13,279 nt of DNA from Candidatus Fermentibacteraceae bacterium (lineage in GTDB: Bacteria > Fermentibacterota > Fermentibacteria > Fermentibacterales > JCC-6). Shown here one piece after another: positions 8,332 to 13,279 of the stretch. Within the stretch, counting starts at the first letter, position 1; every line of letters starts with the position of its first letter. The translations under genes and the position numbers were made by a program. The stretch spans positions 48,359 to 61,637 of the forward strand of contig JAWLEP010000017.1 in the NCBI GenBank assembly GCA_041686025.1. The letters run 5' to 3'. Below the pieces are notes generated by a model. It had not been told where the DNA came from. It did not search any database and worked only from the letters and a program-made list of their open reading frames with translations.

Positions 8332-9569
8332 CGGACAGCATGCTGGCGGGCCTGGACATCGGGACCTCCAAGGTAACCTGCGTAGTGGCGGAGCTGGACG
8401 ACGACGGCGAGCTGGTGATCAGCTCGGTGGGCGAGGCCGCCATGCGGGACGGAGCCAGACACGGGCTGGTGGTGAACCTCCAGCAGGTCTCGGAGACCGT
8501 GGAGAGGGCCATCGAGCAGGCCGAGCTGGTGCTGCCCTGGAGCATAGACAGCGTCTACATCTCCATCAGCGGGGAGCACGTGCGGGGATTCGCCGGCCGC
8601 GGCTCGGTAAGCGTGGGCAGCCGGAACGAGGGAGGGCCCTCCGTGGTCTCCGACGAGGACGTCCAGCGCGCCGAGGAGGCGGCGCGGGCGGTGAGCCTGC
8701 CCCCCGGCTGCATCGTGCTGGACACGGTCCGGAGGGACTACGCAGCCGACAGCTTCGAGAGGCTGCGGCAGCCCCCGCTGGGCCTGAAAGCCGAGCAGAT
8801 CAGCGCCAGGATCTACACCGTGATCGCCGACAGGGTCGCGGTGGACAACCTGGTGAGCTGCGTGGAGGAGGCGGGCAGGGAGGTGGCCGGCATGATCCCG
8901 GCCGCGGTGGCCAGCGGCAGGGCCGTGCTCACCGACGACGAGATGGAGGTGGGAGTGGCCGCCGTGGACATGGGCGCCGGCACCACCGACCTGGCCGTGT
9001 TCCGCGACGGCAGCCTGGCCCATCTGGCGGTGATACCCATGGGTGGGGACCTGATCACGGGCGACCTCCAGGCCCTGAGGATATCCCGGGAGAACGCCGA
9101 GGAGATCAAGAGGGAGTGGGCTGCGGCCGCCTCTTCGAAGGTGGACCCCAACAAGACGATGAAGGTATCGCGGCTGGGAGGCCGGGGCACCTTCACCGTA
9201 ACCCATTCCGTTGTGTCGCAGATAGTCATCGACAGGTACGTAGAGATCATGGAGGCTGTGGCCGACGAGCTGGCCAGGGCGGGGTTCCGTCCCGAGGACC
9301 TTCCGGCGGGAATGGTCCTCACCGGCGGCTGCTCCAGGATGCTGGGAGCCCGGGAGACGGCGGGGGACGTGACCGGGCTGGGCGTCGAGCTGGGCAGGCC
9401 GGACAGCTTCCGGATCGCCACCGACCTGGTGGCCTCACCGGAGTACTCAACCGCCAGCGGGCTGCTTCCGCTGGCGATGTCCGGCGATGGGGAGAACGGA
9501 ATATGCGGAAAGCGAATCGTGGGGGAGATAGTTGAGAAGCTCAGGGACCTTTTCGGAAAGGTCCGGTGA
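8328..9569 (+). CDS. ftsA: Cell division protein FtsA (413 aa)
   Basis: Start ATG 8328 (ATGA overlap with ftsQ, GGAGG upstream). Actin-fold motifs GLDIGTSKV, VDMGAGTTD, GGDLITGDL, AEEIK, VLTGG. C-terminal amphipathic helix IVGEIVEKLRDLF. Confidence 0.95.
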   Translation: MTDSMLAGLDIGTSKVTCVVAELDDDGELVISSVGEAAMRDGARHGLVVNLQQVSETVERAIEQAELVLPWSIDSVYISISGEHVRGFAGRGSVSVGSRNEGGPSVVSDEDVQRAEEAARAVSLPPGCIVLDTVRRDYAADSFERLRQPPLGLKAEQISARIYTVIADRVAVDNLVSCVEEAGREVAGMIPAAVASGRAVLTDDEMEVGVAAVDMGAGTTDLAVFRDGSLAHLAVIPMGGDLITGDLQALRISRENAEEIKREWAAAASSKVDPNKTMKVSRLGGRGTFTVTHSVVSQIVIDRYVEIMEAVADELARAGFRPEDLPAGMVLTGGCSRMLGARETAGDVTGLGVELGRPDSFRIATDLVASPEYSTASGLLPLAMSGDGENGICGKRIVGEIVEKLRDLFGKVR

Positions 9570-9570
9570 C

Positions 9571-9580
9571 AGGAGGAGGA
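9571..9580 (+). promoter_or_regulatory. Strong Shine-Dalgarno for ftsZ
   Basis: AGGAGGAGGA fills the 12-nt ftsA-ftsZ gap immediately before ATG 9582. Confidence 0.85.
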
Positions 9581-9581
9581 T

Positions 9582-10736
9582 ATGGCTGTAATAGAGCTAA
9601 GAGAGATCGGAGAGGACGCCGAAGGCAGGGCGGTCCTCAAGGTAATCGGAGTGGGCGGCTGCGGCTGCAACGCCATCAACAGGATGATAAGCTCCAACCT
9701 CTCGGGTGTGGAGTACGTTGCCATCAACACCGACGTGCAGGCCCTGGAGAAGTGCCTGGCCGACCAGCGGGTCCAGATCGGGCCCCGGCTTACCGGCGGT
9801 CTGGGCGCAGGGGGCGTCCTCGAGGTTGGCGAGCAGGCCGCGGAGGAGAGCCTCAAGGAGATCGAGGAGGCCCTGCAGGGGGCCCACATGGTCTTCGTGG
9901 CCGCCGGCATGGGCGGGGGGACCGGCACCGGCGCCGCCCCCATAGTCGCCCGGGTGGCCCGGGACGTGGGCGCCATAACCGTAGGCGTTATCACCAGGCC
10001 CTTCGAGTTCGAGGGGGCTCCCAGGGCGGCAAAGGCCGAGGACGGGGTGGAGATGCTCCGCCGGGAGGTGGACACCCTGATCGTGATACCCAACGACAGG
10101 CTCAAGGCCCTGGCCGATCCCGACGCCAGGATGACCGAGGTGTTCGACATGGCCAACATGGTCCTGATGAACGCCGTGGAGGGCATCTCCAGCCTGATCT
10201 CCTCCCCCGGCGACATCAACCTGGACTTCCAGGACGTGAAGAACGTCATCACCCAGGGCGGCGGGGCCATGATGGGCAGCGGCCGGGCAAAGGGCGAGAG
10301 CCGGGCCTCGGAGGCCGCCAGGGAGGCCATCTCCAGCCCGCTGCTGGACAGCGTCTCCATCGAGGGCGCCCGCGCCCTGCTGGTGAGCATACAGTCCTCC
10401 GGAGACATCAGGTTCAACGAGTTCACCGAGGCCATGGAGACCATCACGGGAGTGGTGGGCAGCCAGGCCAACGTGTTCATAGGAACCAGCGTAAGCGACA
10501 GCGTCGACGAGGAGATAAAGGTGACGGTGATCGCCACCGGGTTCGGCGAGACCGGCATCACGGAGCCGGAGGAGATCCAGCTGGGCAGCGACGAGGAGGA
10601 GGACGAGTATCCCTTCGCCCGCGGACAGTCCGGCAGGGAGCACGAGAAGGTCCCCGGCAGGGCGCAGTCGCGCAATCCCCGGATCGATCCTCAGCGCACC
10701 AAGCTGCCCACATTCCTGAGGAGGACTATCGACTAG
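9582..10736 (+). CDS. ftsZ: Cell division GTPase FtsZ
   Basis: Motifs: KVIGVGG, NTD.QAL, GLGAGG, signature AGMGGGTGTGAAP, PF.FEG, T7 loop INLDFQDV, VTVIATGF, acidic linker and C-terminal core peptide LPTFLRR. Confidence 0.98.
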   Translation: MAVIELREIGEDAEGRAVLKVIGVGGCGCNAINRMISSNLSGVEYVAINTDVQALEKCLADQRVQIGPRLTGGLGAGGVLEVGEQAAEESLKEIEEALQGAHMVFVAAGMGGGTGTGAAPIVARVARDVGAITVGVITRPFEFEGAPRAAKAEDGVEMLRREVDTLIVIPNDRLKALADPDARMTEVFDMANMVLMNAVEGISSLISSPGDINLDFQDVKNVITQGGGAMMGSGRAKGESRASEAAREAISSPLLDSVSIEGARALLVSIQSSGDIRFNEFTEAMETITGVVGSQANVFIGTSVSDSVDEEIKVTVIATGFGETGITEPEEIQLGSDEEEDEYPFARGQSGREHEKVPGRAQSRNPRIDPQRTKLPTFLRRTID

Positions 10737-10772
10737 GCAAGCAAGTGCTGCCCAAGAGAATACGGATCTGAT

Positions 10773-10802
10773 TTGCCCGGCAGGCGCCCTCGCCCATATA
10801 TT
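10773..10802 (+). promoter_or_regulatory. Candidate sigma70-type promoter for the radical SAM gene
   Basis: -35 TTGCCC (10773-10778), 18-nt spacer, -10 TATATT (10797-10802) in the 107-nt intergenic gap. This is the only strongly AT-rich patch there. Confidence 0.55.
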
Positions 10803-10843
10803 ACCGGGGAATTCACCTTAACAGCAACGGGCGGTCTGATCAT

Positions 10844-12520
10844 ATGAGTCGAGGCTCGGCGCAGAAGAAGTACGACGCACGCAGGCGTGCCATCCTGGAC
10901 AGCGAGCGCTGCCTGCAGCAGCGCAACGAGGAGGGCGTCTTCGAGACCGTGCTGGCCTCTCCCAAGGTCTACAGCCAGGGCATGGCCTCCATCGAGTACC
11001 AGAGCATACTGGGCCACCTGTCGCGCTGGCCGGATACCAGGTGCGAGCGGGCCTTCTTCCCCGAGAAGGACGAGCTCAACTGGCGCAAGCGGTCGGAGAG
11101 GTCCTTCGTGACCCTCGACTCGGGAAGCCCCATCGAGCGGTCGGATCTGATCGTCTTCCACATAGGCCACGAGAGCGACTACGAGTACGTGCTGCAGATG
11201 ATGCAGCTCTCGGGGCTGGAGATATGGGGCGAGAGGCGGCAGCGACGCTGGCCGCTCCTGATAGGCACGGGGATCACGGTGACAGCCAACCCCCTGCCCC
11301 TGGCCCCCTTCCTGGACGCCTTCATAGTGGGCGAGACCGAGCCCGCGCTGGGGCCGGTGCTGGACACCATCAAGAGCCTGGGTGCCCAGGGAGCGTCCAA
11401 GCGCAAGATACTCCGCTGGATAGCCCAGCTTCCCGGCATCTACGTGCCTTCCCACCACGGCTACCGTGACGTGAAGACCACCATCATGCGCCAGTGGGCG
11501 GGGGCGGACACCATCGGCACGCGCACCTGCGTCTTCGCCCCGCAGAGCGACCTGGGCCCGGTGATGATGCTGGAGATCGCCCGGGGCTGCCCGTTCAACT
11601 GCCGTTTCTGCATGGGGGGCTACATCTACCTGCCCTACCGGGAGAAGAGGCTGGAGGACCTGCAGGAGGCCATGGACGACCTGGAGGGCCCCTCCACCAT
11701 AGGCCTGCTGGGCTGTGCTCCGGAGGACCACGCCATGTACGAGGACATAGTGGACTACGCGCGCAGAAAGGGCCACTCGGTCATCACGGGCTCCCTTCGT
11801 CCCGAGGACCTCGGCCAGCTGAGGAACCTCCCCCAGGACTACTCCTCGGATACGCTGGTGATCGCCCCCGAGACCGGTTCCGACAGCCTGCGCCGCGTAA
11901 TAGGCAAGAACCTGGACAACGCCACCGTACTGCGGCGGATCGAGTCGGCGGGCGAAAAGACCGAACGCATAAGGCTCTACTTCATGATCGGGCTGCCCTT
12001 CGAGACAGCCGAGGACCGCAGGGCCATACCCGAGCTGGTGGCCGCCGCCAGGGAGATCACCGACCTTCCCATCAGCGTCTACATCACACCCTTCATCCCC
12101 CGGCCCTGGACCGCATTCCAGTGGACGGCCATGACCAGTCCCCGCAAGCTGCGGATAGCCAGCTCCGAGATCGAGCCGCTGCTGGATGACATCGAGGGGG
12201 TGAAGACCGAGTACTTCAGCCCCCGCGACGCTCACATCATCGGCCTTCTGGCCAGGGGCGACCACAGGGTTTCCAAGGCCCTGGAGGTCCGTCTGACGGG
12301 AGTGGGCTGGAACACGGCCTTCGGCGAGGCGGGGATCAACATCAACTGGATCTTCCACGACCTCAAGCCCGGCAGCCCGTTCCAGTGGGACTTCCTGAAC
12401 ATGGGCTTCGGCTACACCAGGCTGGCGCGGGAGCTGCAGCTGGCGGTGTCGGCCAACCAGACCCGCATAAAGAAGCGGGAGGCGGAGTCCTCCGAAGAGC
12501 AGGAGGAGGACGCCGAATAG
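10844..12520 (+). CDS. Radical SAM protein, B12-binding-domain type, TIGR03960-like family, function unknown
   Basis: CxxxCxxC in LEIARGCPFNCRFC. Family-like motifs: Y..GM, CERAF.P, NP.PLAPF.D.F..GE.E, SLR.E, APETGS..LR..I.K, LYFMIGLP.ET.ED, PFIP.P.T.FQW, LARGD. Acidic C-terminal tail. The family assignment is from remembered motifs, not a search. Confidence 0.85.
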   Translation: MSRGSAQKKYDARRRAILDSERCLQQRNEEGVFETVLASPKVYSQGMASIEYQSILGHLSRWPDTRCERAFFPEKDELNWRKRSERSFVTLDSGSPIERSDLIVFHIGHESDYEYVLQMMQLSGLEIWGERRQRRWPLLIGTGITVTANPLPLAPFLDAFIVGETEPALGPVLDTIKSLGAQGASKRKILRWIAQLPGIYVPSHHGYRDVKTTIMRQWAGADTIGTRTCVFAPQSDLGPVMMLEIARGCPFNCRFCMGGYIYLPYREKRLEDLQEAMDDLEGPSTIGLLGCAPEDHAMYEDIVDYARRKGHSVITGSLRPEDLGQLRNLPQDYSSDTLVIAPETGSDSLRRVIGKNLDNATVLRRIESAGEKTERIRLYFMIGLPFETAEDRRAIPELVAAAREITDLPISVYITPFIPRPWTAFQWTAMTSPRKLRIASSEIEPLLDDIEGVKTEYFSPRDAHIIGLLARGDHRVSKALEVRLTGVGWNTAFGEAGININWIFHDLKPGSPFQWDFLNMGFGYTRLARELQLAVSANQTRIKKREAESSEEQEEDAE

Positions 12521-12521
12521 G

Positions 12522-12546
12522 AAAAGGCCGGCGCAGAGCGCCGGCC
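12522..12546 (-). terminator. Intrinsic terminator for rpmB, possibly bidirectional
   Basis: Perfect 9-bp GC stem GGCCGGCGC (12526-12534) / GCGCCGGCC (12538-12546) with a 3-nt loop. AAAA at 12522-12525 reads as a UUUU tract on the minus strand. Lies between convergent genes. Confidence 0.7.
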
Positions 12547-12569
12547 CCAGAACTCCCTAAGCCCCGCTT

Positions 12570-12761
12570 CTAGTGAGCCTTCCGGACCTTCCCCGCCCTT
12601 ATGCAGCTGGTGCAGACCCTGAGCCTCTTGACCTTGCCGTCCACCAGGGCCCGTACCCTCTGCAGGTTGGGATTCCAGGTATGCTTGGTCTTCTTCTCGG
12701 AATGGCTGACCTTGTTCCCGATTGAAGGGGACTTTCCGCAGATGTCGCAACGCCTTGCCAT
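12570..12761 (-). CDS. rpmB: 50S ribosomal protein L28 (63 aa, Zn-ribbon CxxC...CxxC form)
   Basis: [37 protein letters not shown]...[14 protein letters not shown] carries the GN.VSHS...T...W.PNLQ L28 signature. The true start is ATG at 12761 with AGGGGG upstream, not the 99-aa ORF start. Confidence 0.97.
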   Translation of the reverse strand: MARRCDICGKSPSIGNKVSHSEKKTKHTWNPNLQRVRALVDGKVKRLRVCTSCIRAGKVRKAH

Positions 12762-12801
12762 GCTGTTCCCCCTGTCCGCTGCCAATTGAACTCGAGCCGG
12801 G

Positions 12802-12830
12802 AAGATAACCCATGCAACCTCCCGCTGCAA
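12802..12830 (-). promoter_or_regulatory. Candidate sigma70 promoter for rpmB
   Basis: On the minus strand: -35 TTGCAG (12830-12825), 17-nt spacer, -10 TATCTT (12807-12802), about 40 nt upstream of the start codon. Confidence 0.6.
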
Positions 12831-12884
12831 GCCTGAGACGCGCGGGAACTCCCTCCCGCCCATTGGCATTGTGCAAGTGAGCGG

Positions 12885-12914
12885 TTGACAGGCGAGAGCC
12901 CCGCCGCTTAGGAT
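12885..12914 (+). promoter_or_regulatory. Sigma70 promoter for ssrA
   Basis: Consensus -35 TTGACA (12885-12890), 18-nt spacer, -10 TAGGAT (12909-12914). It ends 14 nt before the mature tmRNA 5' end, implying a short leader. Confidence 0.8.
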
Positions 12915-12928
12915 TCACATCCGACCGT

Positions 12929-13278
12929 GGGGGCGATTTGGTCTCGACGGGTTCGGAAGTGGCCGCATGGTCGCATGCCGAGGTCCGCGGCCTCGTAAAA
13001 CACGCGGAACAACACAACTGCCGCATAAAACGGCAAACTGCCGCTCCTAAGGGAGCGGCCGTCCGCCCCGGAGGTGCCTTCCGGCCGGGGGTCGGGCGCC
13101 ATAAGGGAGGCTGGCCGGAAAGCCCAGTCGTCAGGTGTACCGGCGAGATTCAAGGGCGACTACTCCCGGAGAGGCGGGTCTGGGCCGACCCGGGGGGAAA
13201 CGCAACGCAGGCCTAAGCATGTAGTGACTGTGCCGTCCCCGTCCCCGGACGCGGGTTCGATTCCCGCCGCCTCCACCA
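12929..13278 (+). ncRNA. ssrA: tmRNA (one-piece, 350 nt)
   Basis: Acceptor stem GGGGGCG (12929-12935) / CGCCUCC (13268-13274) with a G3.U alanine identity pair, discriminator A and encoded CCA (13276-13278). D-loop GGUCUCGAC. T-arm GCGGG-UUCGAUU-CCCGC (13251-13267). Helix-2 pairings GCAUGC/GCAUGU and GCAUGGUCGC/GUGACUGUGC. Pseudoknot 1 at 12979-13008. H5-like hairpin at 13040-13059. Confidence 0.97.
13020..13028 (+). other. Predicted tmRNA tag reading frame GCC GCA UAA, giving the tag (A)AA
   Basis: The resume codon is placed 11 nt after pseudoknot 1, preceded by CAACU, matching the E. coli geometry. An in-frame UAA follows at the third codon. Confidence 0.65.
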
Positions 13279-13279
13279 C

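Noticed and set aside
10736..10752. Weak inverted repeat just after the ftsZ stop as a terminator
   Set aside because: The stem is short and bulged, the loop is too small, and there is no U-tract.
8813..12358. 620-aa and 541-aa antisense ORFs opposite ftsA/ftsZ and the radical SAM gene
   Set aside because: Codon-mirror artefacts of strong third-position GC bias, with no domain signatures.
12762..12869. 36-aa N-terminal extension of L28
   Set aside because: It spans the predicted rpmB promoter. The canonical MARRC start at 12761 has its own SD-like sequence.
12938..13216. 92-aa ORF inside the tmRNA, and antisense ORFs 12908-13153 and 12412-13026
   Set aside because: They lie within or across a structured RNA gene. 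The 92-aa ORF is the -1 frame relative to the predicted resume codon and has no protein features.
13245..13278. Possible tRNA gene (T-arm plus CCA)
   Set aside because: There is no anticodon arm, and the acceptor strand pairs with 12929-12935, so it is the tRNA-like domain of tmRNA.
1..13279. CRISPR arrays, IS elements, integrases, defence or toxin genes
   Set aside because: No regularly spaced repeats, terminal inverted repeats or such ORFs were seen. Nearly all bases are explained by housekeeping genes.

Overview
High-GC bacterial chromosomal region with no mobile elements or CRISPR. It contains a compact, translationally coupled division/cell-wall (dcw) operon on the + strand: [3' end of an upstream gene, probably ftsI]-murE-murF-murD-ftsW-murG-murC-ftsQ-ftsA-ftsZ. 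mraY, murB and ddl are absent from their usual positions. ftsZ is followed by an uncharacterised B12-binding-domain-type (TIGR03960-like) radical SAM gene with its own candidate promoter, a convergent Zn-ribbon L28 gene (rpmB), and a divergently transcribed one-piece tmRNA (ssrA) ending at the window edge. The most unusual signal is in the tmRNA. At the structurally expected resume position the tag ORF reads only GCC-GCA-UAA, so rescued proteins would get an Ala-Ala-Ala tail rather than a ~10-residue SsrA tag. All calls come from motif recognition by eye; no database searches were run.
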